From Callorhinchus milii (lineage: Eukaryota): a stretch of 64,000 nucleotides of DNA. The notes under the pieces are model-generated. The model made no database searches. It saw only the letters and a program-made list of their open reading frames with translations, and was not told the DNA's origin. Shown here in pieces: positions 25,319 to 38,640 of the stretch. How positions within the stretch are numbered: position 1 is the first letter of the stretch; every line of letters begins with the position of its first letter. The position numbers and the translations under genes were made by a program. Location of the stretch: the NCBI RefSeq assembly GCF_018977255.1, contig NW_024704742.1, forward strand, positions 114,020,001 through 114,084,000, in the 5' to 3' direction.

Positions 25319-26156
25319 ATGTATTTCTAAGCAAACCTGAACATATCTTGAGTAACTTGTAGAACTTTTCGATGGTATCAGCTCTGCCCTGAACAATGGA
25401 TTGTTTTGAACCTATTTTTATGTCTCTTTCTCATTAATACCTGATCAAAGGACTTGAATGAGTAACCCCAAATTTTATATTTTACTCTTTCCAATGTACA
25501 ATATTTTCCATTTATGAAAATACATTTCTGTCTTCCTTGATATAAGTTCCAGATGCTATATTAGCAAATTTAGATGGACGTTTGCTTTATCAAATTGGGT
25601 AGTTATGTCTTTAGGCATAACTTTATTGTAATGAATGAAAGATGGATGAAGCAATGAAAGTGCACTGAAGGACAATGCCTCTATTAATACCCTTGCAGCT
25701 GTTTATACTGATAGCTAAAAATCATACTTAACCATAATTCAGATTAAGTCAATGCTTTTATGTCATATGGCAGTTAATACTAAATTATACTTGGAATATT
25801 TTGGATAATTCTCCAAAGGTCAGTACAGTTACAGACCATGACGAGAAAGAATATCTTATTCTCCACTGTAAATTTACAGACTTTGTGGCCTGAGTTTATT
25901 ATGAGTTTTCACATAAATCACACTGCCAATGAGCATAGATGTGTGCACAAGGAGGGAATAAGATATTCTCACTAGTTAAGGGCTGTAAATTTACAAATCT
26001 TTGGAAAATCATTGCTATAACTATGCATTTTACAGACTTTGGCTTCAAAAGGAAATTGTTGTTAAAGAGGATCCAAAAAGAAGAAAACTTCATTGAGGAT
26101 TGATGTGAGGAGATGTTCACAGCTGATGCTTTCATTAAGAAATGATTGAGGGGACA

Positions 26157-26392
26157 TAATAATGTAATAATGCATTTGATACAGTACCTTATCATGTCAC
26201 TAAAATGTATCAAATCCCTTCACAGAATTTCCTGCACAACGTAGTGACTGTGTTCTTGTAGATGATCCCGACAACAACGAACCCAGCAGAAGAAACTCTC
26301 TTCTCTTTTCAATTGGTGCCATTGGATCTTTAATGTCCATCTGAACAAGCAGGTGGGACCTCAGTTTATCATCTCATCCAAAGGATGGTACT
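26157..26392 (-). mobile_element. old SacSINE1-like fragment
   Basis: gcatttgatac tail; ctcttttcaattggtgccattggatctttaatgtcc Deu-like motif. Confidence 0.7.
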
Positions 26393-28379
26393 TTGGTACG
26401 TTTACAGACCTAGCTGCTTGTGTTACATATCAGTGAGCACCAACACTTTGAGATTTTGAGACCCTCATGTCTAGAAAAGAATGTGAAATGATCATGTTGT
26501 ATTTTATCTTGTTTCTAATTTATAAGTGTATACCTTTCATCAGTTGTTTTATCCAACTTCATATGTGGTAATCCAGGACATTTCTACTTTCTGCTCCCAG
26601 GCATAAAGATTAGAATACTCTTAGTCGTATCATAGATAATAGTGTTATTTACGTCTGGAGCTTTATTTTTACTGATAACCTAAGTGAAAGGTCATGGTCG
26701 TGCATCACTGAGCTTGAAAGGAATAGTAGAGACACAAGATAGGTCAAGAAGAAATGGTTAGGTGATTCAAAGTGTGGACTTTAAAGGTTTGAGGTTTGAG
26801 TGAAGGAGTAAAGAATCCGGGACATAAGGAATAAGGCTTTCCACCATCTCAAGAGCCTGAGAAACAATGAGTAGGAGGGTGCAGTGAGTTTTAATGCAGG
26901 GAGAAGGAAAAGCACATAGGACAAAATATTTGAAACTGAGAACAAAAGAGGAAAGTTCAGAGGAGCAATGATCATAATAATGTTGTTCAAGCAGATAGAG
27001 GGCCGAGGTGAAGGAAGGATCACCTATCAATAGTTCTTTTTTGTGTTCTGTTTAAGGATTGCAAGACAGCAGCTAGAAGCTGGAAACGTAAATGGGAATA
27101 GTATTTGTGTCTTGTATTTACTTTAATCGTGAGTGAAAAGAGCAGTGAGAATGTGAAAGACAAATTCATGCAAAAGGGGAACAAGCTGGGAAAGATTGAG
27201 TTATTTGGACAAAAATGGGTAATTGCAAATGAATGGGAAAACCTATCATAAAAAAATCAATAAACAAATGGGAAAGTGATATCTAGGGAATGCGGCAGCA
27301 TGGAACCAGCATTAAGAATTCATAGGCAAAACAAAGTTCAGAGAACACATTAATCACAGAAGCAATTGCTTAGAAGGTAATTAAAGCACAATACAAAGAA
27401 GTGGAGGAACCAGGTGCACTCATGTGCTCAGCGCCTGATTTCATTGCCACTTTTGCAGCAAATATATATTTGTTTAAAAAAACAAATACTTTAAAACATT
27501 TCCACTTAACGATAGTAATTATAATTTTTTTTCATAAAGCATTACTTTTACAAAGTGATTTTAATGGGCTTTACCATCAATTCTCTCTTAGCTCTAAAAG
27601 CGCTAACTTTTTAATGAGTCTTCTACAAAGAAAATTTCACAATTAACAGTAAATGGATTGAAAGTCAGTCAGGCACATTCTTTGCAAAAAATGAATATGC
27701 TTTGGCAGCAATAGAAACTAAGATCTAATACAATTGAGCATAATTTCTTGTTGGAAAGTAAGCGAGTTCAGTTTTATCTGCGTTATTCTTGTGTAGAAGC
27801 AATAAACCTATATAAAAACATTTTGCACACAGTTTCCCCCAAACTGCTCAGGTGTTTTGTTTTTATAATGTGTTTTTTTTACCACTTTCTGTTCTACCAT
27901 TAAGAAGACTCCCCCAAGATTGTGTCAGTAAATTCAAAAGGGAATTAGATAGGTACTTAGCAAAGAAATATATTGAGGGTTATAAGCGATGGAGTAGTTT
28001 ATGAGTTTATTTTATTATTGGATTGCCAGAAGGACAGCAGTGGTCTTTTCTGTTTATATACATTCCTATTTCCCTCTGTAAGATTTTACACCACTTTTCA
28101 TAAAACACATTAAATCATAACCTAGTATGAATCACATAACCTTTCAAGGGTTATAAATAGCTGCATAAAGATGTTACCTACTCATTGCTTTTTAAACTGA
28201 ATAATGTACTTGTCTAAGCCTGGCTCAGTGCATAGAACTCTTACCTCTAAGGTTGTGGGACCCACAGTGGGACTTTGAATTTATATAACCGAAGATGACA
28301 ATCCAATGCAGTGCTGCATTGGCTGTACAAAAAAATAAGGTGGCTCAATTCACAGCTGTTTGTCAGAAACTGCTGCTTG

Positions 28380-30140
28380 GAACTGGCTGCTGTGTTTTGC
28401 CCACAAAATATACAGTCAATTTATTTAACAGTATAATCTGAGAAGTGCTTTGAGACGTCTCGAAGACCTGGTTTATAAATGCACTTTATCAAATGCAAGG
28501 ATTATTATTATTATTATTAAAAGTACCCCCAATTTCTTTCAGACTCAGCAAGGCAGCAGAACAAGAGGACATGGGTATAAGATTGCATAGGGCAGTTCCA
28601 GGACAGATACCAGGATACATTTCTTTACCCCCAAAAACTGGAAAGGATTACCAGGAAAATTGGCTGAGGCCAGCTTGCAGCACTCATTTGAGAAATAGTT
28701 TAATGATGTGAGGGAAGGAGGGCAGGGTGGATGTTCTGGAAAGATTAAACTAAATTGGACTTATGATCTTCATCCAAACATCTCTTGTGATTTTATGAAT
28801 AGAAGGATCAATAATTTTAAGTTTTCATGTAAAATACACATTTCAATGAAAGCGTCATCTCAAACCACAGAACAGTGAAATGAAACACCCAATAACTCTA
28901 CTGGACTGATAAAAGAAACTTACATTCAATAATAGTGTGATTGTACTCTGGTCTATAAATGTTCTCAGAGTGGAAAAAGCCTAAGATTGGAAATAATACA
29001 TTTCACATTGGGAAGATGTATCAAAGTGCTTAACAAGATTTTTCTGAAAAATGGACCTGTGAGTTTTGCAGTCAAATGTGCAGCAAAATTGCACACAGAA
29101 TTATCCTACAAATAGTCATGAAATAAATAATTTTAACTGGGGAATTGTTGGCCAGGACACAGAGAAACTCCCTTGTCTGTTTAAGAACGCAATAGTACTA
29201 ACTGTGCATACTTCTGCAAAGTCTGGCTTCATGTTTCTTTTATTCTTTGTGGATCCAGCCACACTTGTAACTTATTCCCATGGAGCCCATGGTGGCACAA
29301 GCTACGACAAGCCTGATGTGTACCCGTCATTGGGGAAGCTATTATACCAAATTAGCATGTGGAATTGCTAGTGATTTGGGACAGTACATTCAATACAGGA
29401 TTTTAATTTTCCACAATGCAATTTTAAATACCATCTGAGAAGATTTTTCTCTGCAAACATATCTGAAATAATCAATCAGTACCCCTAAGCATTGACTCTT
29501 GCCAGCCTGCACCTAATGCTCTCTGGAAATACGTGAGTAGGATGTGTCCCTCTAGTGAAATATTACATTCCAATCCATGAGAATCTCCATGTGTAGGTGG
29601 GTTGCATGGAGCTTTTAGTTCTGTTTGGATACCCTTAAGCATGGTGATGAGTTTCCGCATGTGTCAGACACCTGGTTGATCTAAGAAAAATCCATGCAAT
29701 GAAGTTTTGATTTGTGAGGATGTTTATAATGTTCCACCCTGGCCAAGAAGAGGCATTACATTACATTCTTTTTTGGTTAGCAAGGCAGCAAAATCTGACT
29801 AGGCAAAATACATCACCTTGCTTAAGAGACTCCAAACCAATACTGAGAATGCCACTGTGCATGATTTCTGTTTGCCTGGTATGGAGTACACACTCTCCTC
29901 AGAGATGCACTCTGATTACCACTGCTGGAAGGTTTAGGTGCAAGTTAATTAGGGTGTTCAACCACAAAATACACCATTGGTAGAATTTACAATAAACCCT
30001 TTGAAGTAATTTGGCGGAGCCTGACTCTGAGATGGGAGTGGGAGGTGGCCATATGCATGGTCAAATAGGAAGGTTTTCAGGTGGGCAGAGGGACTGAGGG
30101 AATGTTTTGGGGTACAGTGACTGAAAGACTGACCTCCGAT
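28380..30140 (+). repeat. left arm of long inverted duplication
   Basis: reverse complement of 32390-34330; mirrored ORFs 29714-29983(+)/32693-32962(-) and 29472-29660(-)/33016-33225(+). Confidence 0.97.
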
Positions 30141-31440
30141 GGTGAGGCAGGGGGTGCGAGGGGCGAGCAGGAAGAAACTTTATCAAATACAAGGTTTATT
30201 GTTAAGCAACCTTGGAGACCCCAGTTTGACTATTGTGGACTGCTGAGGTAAAACTTTGCAGTTTACCATTTCAAAGCATTGGCATGATTCCCACCTTGTG
30301 TTCAGTTAGGAGCATTCAACCTATAGGAACTTGGTTTGCAGAGTTAACAGGGGCTGAGTGGGAAAAATCCCAGCCCTTAGTCACTGGTATGCTTGTCCAA
30401 ACTAATGAGCTAGGCTGGCTGGTCTATCATCAACAGTACCTCAGATCTGTGTAGCTCAGGTATCAGACGACTGAGATCCCCATAGAGGAGTGACCCAATT
30501 ATGAGCTTCCTTTGCCAGATGTATCACTTTGGAGCCAAGTCACCCCGAAAGAGTCCACACTTAGCTTCCCCCCCACCCCCAAACTCTCCTCAGATAGGGT
30601 TACCAGTTGGCAATTGCTCATCCTTCAACTGGCAACACCGATAGATTTAATGCTTCTGCACATTTCCACCACAAACAATATTGTCAAATGAATGACACTG
30701 CAGCATATTGCTGCACAATAGATTGTATTCTGTATACATTACTGCACGGGAAGAGTGACCATGGATAATTTGGTTTGAAGGGCTGCGAGGAAACTGTCAA
30801 GGAGTTCTGACTACCATATCGGAAGATCCATATGTCTTTGAGGAGGGCATTCGTTCCCAGCCTGCTGCTGAGGTGGAGCACTGCATTTACTGGACTCATT
30901 TTGGATGGTGGCCGGGCTTTAAATACTCATTTTTGCAACCAAGCACAGTGAAGCCATGTGCAAGTTTAAATGAAGAAATCTGAGACTTTGCCATAGGTAT
31001 GTATATTATTGTTACATCTAACAATGCCATAAATCTTTGATGTAAACATGTATCTTTCTATTGCTTTGACTTCAAATTATTACTGTAGCAATAAATAGGT
31101 TATTAAGATTGAATATATTGTATTTAAGGATTCATTACAGCTGTGCATTTTGTTTTATGCTACATGCTTAAATATTGCAGGGTATTATTAAATATTATTG
31201 TTTTAGTGGTGTTACCTTCTTACTGTGCCAACAAACATGGAAGTCTGTGTATGAAAATGAAACAAAATGTATGATTATAACTGAGAACTATTCATTCACT
31301 ATTTCTTTGTTACAATAACAGTAAGTTATCGATGTGACCAATTTGTCATTGCAATATATTAAAAAAGGAGAAATTCTTCAATACAGTTTTAATTTTGAAG
31401 CTGGTTCTATGTAAGTTCTTCACAGAATTTAGTGTAAGTC

Positions 31441-31786
31441 TTAATAATAATAATAATCCTTGCATTTGATAGAACACCTATTACATCTTTGAGACATCTC
31501 AAAGCGCTTCACAGGATATAGTGTGAAGTGAATTGACTTTATATTTTGTGGGTGAAACACGGCAGACAATTGGACTCAGCAGTGTCCCACAAAGAGTATA
31601 TATTTTTTTGATGGGATTATCATTATCTCTGGAAAAGCAATCCGCCAATTGACTAAAAATTGTGTTCCTACTTACTGTTAGGTAAACAGAGGCATGTGGA
31701 GTAACGAAACTTGTCTAACGTTTCATCCTACCCAGGAATCAAACCTTGTAAGGCGAATGTTCTAACCACCGAGCTACAGGACTCCA
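31441..31786 (-). mobile_element. tRNA-derived SINE, long subfamily
   Basis: carries extra ggaaaagcaatccgccaattgact...ggtaaacagaggc block absent from short subfamily. Confidence 0.9.
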
Positions 31787-31793
31787 CAAGCAT

Positions 31794-32383
31794 CCAAGAA
31801 TGCAGATCCATAAAACTAAATATTTTGAAATATAAAATATTTTCCTCATTACATTTTTTAGTAACTGCTGATATTCTCTTGGCCAGAAGTTCAATTTTAA
31901 CAATGGAGAAGAGGTACTAATAATTATTTAAATTTATTATCAATAATAGGGTGACCAAAATAATTATTTAAATTATTATCACTAATCAGGAGACCAAAAT
32001 AATTATTTAAATTATTATCAATTATATGATGACCAAAGTAGCTATTTAGTCAGTGAGTATTTTTTTAGCTACAATATCTGGTTCAAGTTACAATGTTAAT
32101 TCTGGGAACTTTGCTTTATTGATTTAATTCACACTCTGCATTGTAGGTGTTTCACCCTGGCTTTGAGCCCAGGCAGCTATTTGCCATTCTAGTTGTTCAA
32201 ACCCTTAATTTGTTTATAACAACAACAACAAGATTGCATTTATAGAGCGCCTTTCACGTCAGGAGGATGTCCCAAGGCGCTGGACAGTTGGGTCGGAACA
32301 ACTTGGTTCTAACTGGGTATATTAGCGTTACAAATTCGGTAAGGAAAATTGTAATTAAATGATGTGATCTAATTATCAAGTAC
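31794..32383 (+). repeat. AT-rich dispersed duplicate, copy 2, with 82-bp L2-tail insertion (32221-32302)
   Basis: paralog of 2559-3001; three tandem units versus two; empty site tttataacttgg in copy 1. Confidence 0.9.
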
Positions 32384-32389
32384 CAGGTG

Positions 32390-34330
32390 TCGCACTTTCA
32401 GCCACTACGCTCTGAAATTCTGGAACGCTCTCCCCTAATCCCTCTGCCTTGCCCCGCCTATCCCCTTTTTTCAAGTCCCATCTGAAAACCCTCTTCTTTG
32501 ACCGTGCTTATGGCCACCTCACTCCTCCAAGCTTGGAGTCAGGCTCTGCTACTGTTAAGCGCTCTCAGAGGCTACCCTGAGTGGAGGGTGCTATATAAGT
32601 GCAAGTTGTTGTTGTTTTGCCTTTCATATCGGGGGGGGGGGGGGGGGGGTGAGGGTGCATCTCAAAATGCTTCAAAGGGTTTATTGTAAATTCTACCAAT
32701 GGTGTATTTTGTAGTTGAACACCCTTATTAACTTGCACCTAAACCTTCCAACAGTGGTAATCAGAGTGCGTCTCTGAGGAGAATGTGTACTCCATACCAG
32801 GCAAACAGAAATCATGCACAGTGGCATTCTCAGTATTGGTTTGGAGTCTCTTAAGCAAGGTGATGGATTTTCCCTAGTCAGATTTTGCTGCCTTGCTAAC
32901 CAAAAAAGAATGTAATGTAATGCCTCTTCTTGGCCAGGGTGGAACATTATAAACATCCTCACAAATCAAAACTTCATTGCATGGATTTTTCTTAGATCAA
33001 CCAGGTGTCTGACACATGCGGAAACTCATCACCACACTTAAGGGTATCCAAACAGAACTAAAAGCTCCATGCAACCCAACTACACATGGAGATTCTCATG
33101 GATTGGAATGTAATATTTCACTAGAGGGACACATCCTACTCACGTATTTCCAGAGAGCATTAGGTGCAGGCTGGCAAGAGTCAAGGCTTGGGGACCCCAG
33201 AGTGTGTGTTGGGGGTACTGATTGATTATTTCAGATATGCTTGCAGAGAAAAATCTTCTCAGATGGTATTTAAAATTGCATTGTGGAAAATTAAAATCCT
33301 GTATTGAATGTACTGTCCCAAATCACTAGCAATTCCACATGCTAATTTGGTATAATAGCTTCCCCAATGAAGGGCACACATCAGGCTTGTCGTAGCTTGT
33401 GCCACCACAGGCTCCATGGGAATAAGTTACAAGTGTGGCTGGATCCACAAAGAATAAAAGAAACATGAAGCCAGACTTTACAGAAGTATGCACAGTTAGT
33501 ACTATTGCGTTCTTAAACAGACAAGGGAGTTTCTCTCTGTGTCCTGGCCAACAATTCCCCAGTTAAAATTATTTATTTCATGACTGTTTGTGGGAAATTC
33601 TGCGTTCAATTTTGCTGCCACATTTGCTACAAAATGCATTTACATTTTCAGTAAAATCCTGAGAAGCACTTTGATACATCCTCCCAATGTGAATTCCATT
33701 GTTTAAAATTTTAGGTTTTTTTCCACTCTGAGAACATTATAGACCAGAGTACAATCACACTATTATTGAATGTAAGTTTCTTTTATCAGTCCAGTAGACG
33801 TATTACATGTTTCATTTCACTGTTCAATATTCTGTGGTTTGAGATGATGCTTTCACTGAAATGTGTATTTTGAATGATATCTTAAAATTATTGATCCTTC
33901 TATTCATAAAATCACGAGAGATGTTCGGATGAAGATCATTAGTCCAATTTAGTTTAATCTTTCCAGAACATCCACCCTAACCTCCTTCCAACACAGCATT
34001 AAACTATTTCTTAAATGAGTGCTGCAAGCTGGCCTCAGCCAATCTTCCTGGTAATCCTTTCCAGTTGTTCTGGGTAAAGAAATGCATCCTGGTGTCTGTC
34101 CTGGAGCTGCCCTATGCAGTGACAGACTTGTGTCCTCTTATTCTGCTGTCTTGCTGAATCTGAAAGAAATTGTTGGCACTTTTAATAATAATCTTTGGAT
34201 TTGATAAAATGCATTTATAGAGCAGATCTTTACGACGTCTCAAAGCGCTTCTCAGAATATACACTAAAGTGAATTGACTGTATATTTTGTGGGCACAACA
34301 CAGCAGCCAATTGTGAACAGCATTGTCCCA
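32390..34330 (-). repeat. right arm of long inverted duplication
   Basis: see left arm; starts in an L2 3' fragment (32385-32616) and ends in a long-subfamily SINE (34183-34572). Confidence 0.97.
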
Positions 34331-34918
34331 CATACAGTCATGGATTAGGTGACCAAATTTTTTCTTTTTAAAATGTATTTAATATTTTGAAAAAGGATTC
34401 TTATCCCCGAAAAAGCTATTGGTCAATCGACTAACAACCGGGTTGACGTTTACTGCTAGGTAAACAGTGGGGACGAGGAAACTTTCCCAACATTTCGTCT
34501 TCCCCGGGAATCAAACCTAGGTCCTCTCGTTTGTGAGGTGAGCATTCTAACCACTAATCTACGGGATTTCCCTGTGCCAGAATGCCAGCAGTCAAGTTGT
34601 TGATAACCTAATAATAATACTTTCATTTGATATTTTTTGCTAGTATAACATTGCAGAATGTGCACCTCTCCATGTGTAATGATTGATTTATCAGCTACGG
34701 TCGACTATTTCGCCTTTTAATTTCTGATTCAATGTATATGAAGCGCTCTGAGATGCTCCTTTGCGTGGAGTGCGCTATGTAAGTGAATGTTGTTGTTATA
34801 TGTTTCTCTTTATGGACAATTTCACTCAGGGAGCATCGATGCTGGAGTGAAAAAAGTACAGAAAAGCAAAATAAATATTCAGGGAATCCATTAGTGAATA
34901 CATTTTCACAAAAGAATA

Positions 34919-35197
34919 TGGGGTATAATTTGTAAGATTCACAAAAAAGGTTTGTAAATAATGAATCCTGCAGGTCCCAATTGGGTTGGAAGCTGAACAT
35001 CTGGATCTCTGTTTGACATCCATCTCAGTTTCTACTTTCATGAAACCAAACTGTGGCCAAAGGAAGTTCCTGACATCCGGCAGAAGATTGTTGTCAATCA
35101 GCATCCCAGTAGAGTTCTAGAGGTCTTAAGACTCATCTGAGTAACTGCAGGATCTGCTGTTTACAAACCTTTTTGTGATTCTCAAAAGCAGACCCCA
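34919..35197. mobile_element. MITE-like element with ~55-bp imperfect TIRs, probably PIF/Harbinger
   Basis: TGGGGT...GATTCACAAAAAAGGTTTGTAAA...CCTGCAG versus CTGCAGG...TTTACAAACCTTTTTGTGATTC...ACCCCA; interior weakly similar to 38520-38600. Confidence 0.65.
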
Positions 35198-36634
35198 GTA
35201 TTAATATAAATTATTTAGAAATTAGGTGGCAAAAATGAAAAGAAGGAAATTACAAACTTTTGTTTTAATTAATCTTCTGTTTTGTTATCAAGTCCATGTC
35301 CCTCTGTTCCCTGTCACCTCAACCCTTTGCCCAATCTATAAAATTTCCCTCCCTATTCTACCTCTCATCAATACTATTACATCTGTCAATCTCTGTTGAC
35401 TTTGATTCGGGGGAAGAGTATCTAAGTACACTGAACACAAAGTACTATTCCTAGACTTTCCTTTCTCTCTCAATAAACACTACACTGATAAGGTGCCATA
35501 TCTGTGGCCCATGGAATAAACCATCTGAAGTTTATCAGCAATTATGTCTTATTGCTAAGAGGTGCAACAGATGCATTTGCACTTGAGATTAGATCTGGTT
35601 AAATAGAAAATGACCAAACAAAGTATCATGCTAATCCTACTCTAGTGCATGGTACATTTGTATCATCTCTGTAAATAGCAAAAGTTCTGAAGTTAAGTTA
35701 AAACAGCTGAGCCCATCTGTGAATACGTTAATTCTTTTGCAAACGTAAGTTTTGAACAGTGCATATAAGAGAAAAACTGTATTCCTTCTTCCATAAATGA
35801 ACCAATATCCTTTGTTTAATGCATATGGACTCAGGTTAATTATTTTATTCTCTATGACCTAGATGCAATCATTATTTAAGATAAATTAAGTTCATTTCTC
35901 TAATTGCTTGAATTCAAATAAATTCAGTCACATCCATTAAGCCACAAGATAAAGTCTGCAAAACAGTTGCTAGATGCGTATATCTACTTCTCACAAGTAA
36001 ATTGCACCAGGGAATTTTCATTTTCGTTTTTTATATCCTCAAAGGCAAGATATAACTCCTCTCTTCTGCATGAAAATTGATTATAATGCTGACAGAGACC
36101 ATGAAGACATAAGGAACCATTCACTGAGAAAGAAATTTGCAACACTATAGGAGCCTTGAGCTATACTTCCTCAGCACCACAGTGCATTATTGTACATTAC
36201 AATCGTTGGTAGTGAACGCTTTAAGGACTTATTCAAAAGCATCTCTTATTCATGAGAAATAGTGCATGTTACATAGAATACAGAGCAGAGTCTCTTTCTT
36301 ACATTTAAATATACAGCGTGTTGTAAAGATCACTCCTGAAAATAGCTACACAGAAAAATAATCCTTAATAAGAGGTGGAATCAGGGAGAGGTTGTCTTCC
36401 TCCCTACCATGTTCCCTACTCTGTTTGTTCCCCCCACTCTTGTCTCCCACTCAACTGAAATAACCCCTTCCCCCAATCCTAGGCATCATTATATTTAATT
36501 ATATTGTTTAGTAGCCTCCAATGGTTCAAGTCTTTGCTGCCCTGCACAGTTCTAAAACTTGATCAAAGTGCTCATTTCAACATCCTGAAGTTGCTATTAT
36601 CTTCAGTGTCATTTTTGATGATTTCCCTTTTGAT

Positions 36635-36905
36635 ATCTTGAGACGTCTCACAGGATTTTACTGAGAAGTGCAGTAACTGTGTATTTGTAAGCGAACTCAA
36701 CAGCCTATTGGCACACAGCATTGTCCTACAAAAAGCCATGACGTGAATGACAATTCTATTTTGGGAGATTTTTGACCAGGACACTGGGAGAAATTCCCTT
36801 CTCTTTTCGAATAGTGCCATGGTATCCGAACAGGCATGGGGCTCGGTTTAACGTATTATCCAAAGGACAGCACTTCTGACTCAGAGGCACGAACGCTACC
36901 AACTG
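36635..36905 (-). mobile_element. old SacSINE1-like SINE
   Basis: ccaggacactgggagaaattcccttctcttttcgaatagtgccatgg...ttctgactcagaggc head. Confidence 0.8.
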
Positions 36906-37489
36906 AGGACAGTCTAAAACCTTGAGATTGAAGCAATATTCTGGCATTTTGCTTGGTAATCTCGGGGAAGAGGGGAAAGAAGTTTTATCTTTTTGCAGGT
37001 TTATGTATAGTTGGCTAGCTTCTCAGGATATTAAGTGGGTAGTTAGAGTCTCGAAAGGGCAAAGTCTTGGTAGGTAGAGAATGAATAGAATGATTTTTTT
37101 TAAAATCACACTGTCAAGTCTTATGTCTGCGAGTTCAGTCAGTTAGTGTCCCTCTGTTATATCCTGACAAGAGGCTGGACCTGGTCTTGCCTTTCTTTCA
37201 CCACTTGCTTGGTTCTCATGCAATGTGCCACCTAGAGGTTGCATTTCACAAACATGTGAGAGCTCTCATCTCTGGGGGCTAATCTTCCATCACTGAAGCT
37301 AACAAACTGCAACATGTCTACAAACTGTTCACTTTATAAAGGCTGACTAAGGCCAGGTCAAAAACAATTACCATCTATGGCTTTCATGGAAATTTTTCAC
37401 TTTTCAGTAGTTATTAATCAAGATTAACTTTCCAAAATAGGAAAACTAGGCTTAATTTAATGAAACAAAATTGTTTGAAATCGCAACCC

Positions 37490-38143
37490 CAAAATACACT
37501 CAATTCACTTTACAATATATTCTGGCAAGCGCTTTGAGATGTCTTAATGACGTGATTAGGCGCTAAATCAAAATGCAAGTATTATTATATTATTGTTTTC
37601 TCTTAACCTATAATATGTCTGAGGCCCTAGCCTACGTGAAGGGTGCTTTATACAACGTGTTACTGTTGTTGCTGACATAGTTGGAGTTGTATGTCAGCTG
37701 GTAACACTCTCCATTCTGAACCAGAAAGATTTGGGATCAAGCACTTTGAGAAGTCCTCCTGACATGGAAGGTTTTGTATGTAAATTGTATTGATATTTAC
37801 TATGCTAAAAATCCTTGCATTTGATATAGCACCTTATCACATCATTGAGACATCTCAAAGTGCTTCACAGGATATACTATAAAGTGATGTGACCCTGTGT
37901 ATTTTGTGGGCAAATGCGACAGCTAACATGTTACAACATTGTCCCATGAATAACCCTGGAGTGAATGATCAACTTTATTTGGGAGTTTGTTGGCTGGAAC
38001 ACCAGAAGAAACTCCCTTCCTTTATATCAGGTGTTTTGCCCAAAAAATATACAACCAATTCACTTTACTGTATATTCTGTGAAGTGCTTTGAGACGTCTC
38101 ATAAACGTGCTAAAGCACTATATCAAATGCAAGGATTATTATT
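37490..38143. mobile_element. cluster of SINE 3' halves (37490-37600 +, 37808-38010 -, 38030-38143 +)
   Basis: repeated caattcacttta...gagacgtct...aaatgcaaggattatt motifs in both orientations. Confidence 0.8.
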
Positions 38144-38334
38144 AGATATAATCAGCAACAATTTCCATTACAATAGCACCTTTCACATAGGATGAACATC
38201 CTGAAGTGCTTCAATTTAGAGACTGTGATTGGAATCAATTATGGTAACACCAATCATGGACATTGAATCTCAGAAGATTTTGTTGTAAATAATCTTAGTT
38301 GTTCCCTTCTTGACAAATATCAGTGGTCTCAAGG

Positions 38335-38640
38335 TGTGAGGTCTTCCTAGTTTTCTTTACAGGCGTCTAGCAGTTGGATGCAATTTTCTACTTGCAGGTT
38401 TCTTAAATTTACTGACCCATTTATTTACATCCTGTCAGTTTATTTGACTGAGGAAGAGAACGACTCACTGATCTCCTCCCATATTGCTTGAGGAAATTTG
38501 AGGTTTGACAGATTGTTGGTGGTCCCACAGAGGCCGACATCCTGAGGATTGACTCCATTTCTAAAACAAGTTTCCTGCTCAGAAAACTGTGGCTTCCTGA
38601 AACTCTTTGGTAAAAGTTGTATTTTCTCCACAAACTGCTG
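38335..38640 (-). pseudogene. possible Myb/SANT-like DNA-binding domain relic (Harbinger ORF2 type)
   Basis: RKPQFSEQE...AIWEEISE...CKEN*EDL echoes the RKxxFSxxE / W..I / CxKKWxDL pattern. Confidence 0.4.

Noticed and set aside
32172..32195. Helitron 3' end (hairpin plus CTAG|T)
   Set aside because: Homology to the paralog continues ~100 bp beyond it and copy 1 has CCAG
29472..33225. Duplicated small genes (MRMFIMFHPG..., MRKLIT...)
   Set aside because: Short ORFs mirrored only because they lie in the inverted arms; no homology or splice support
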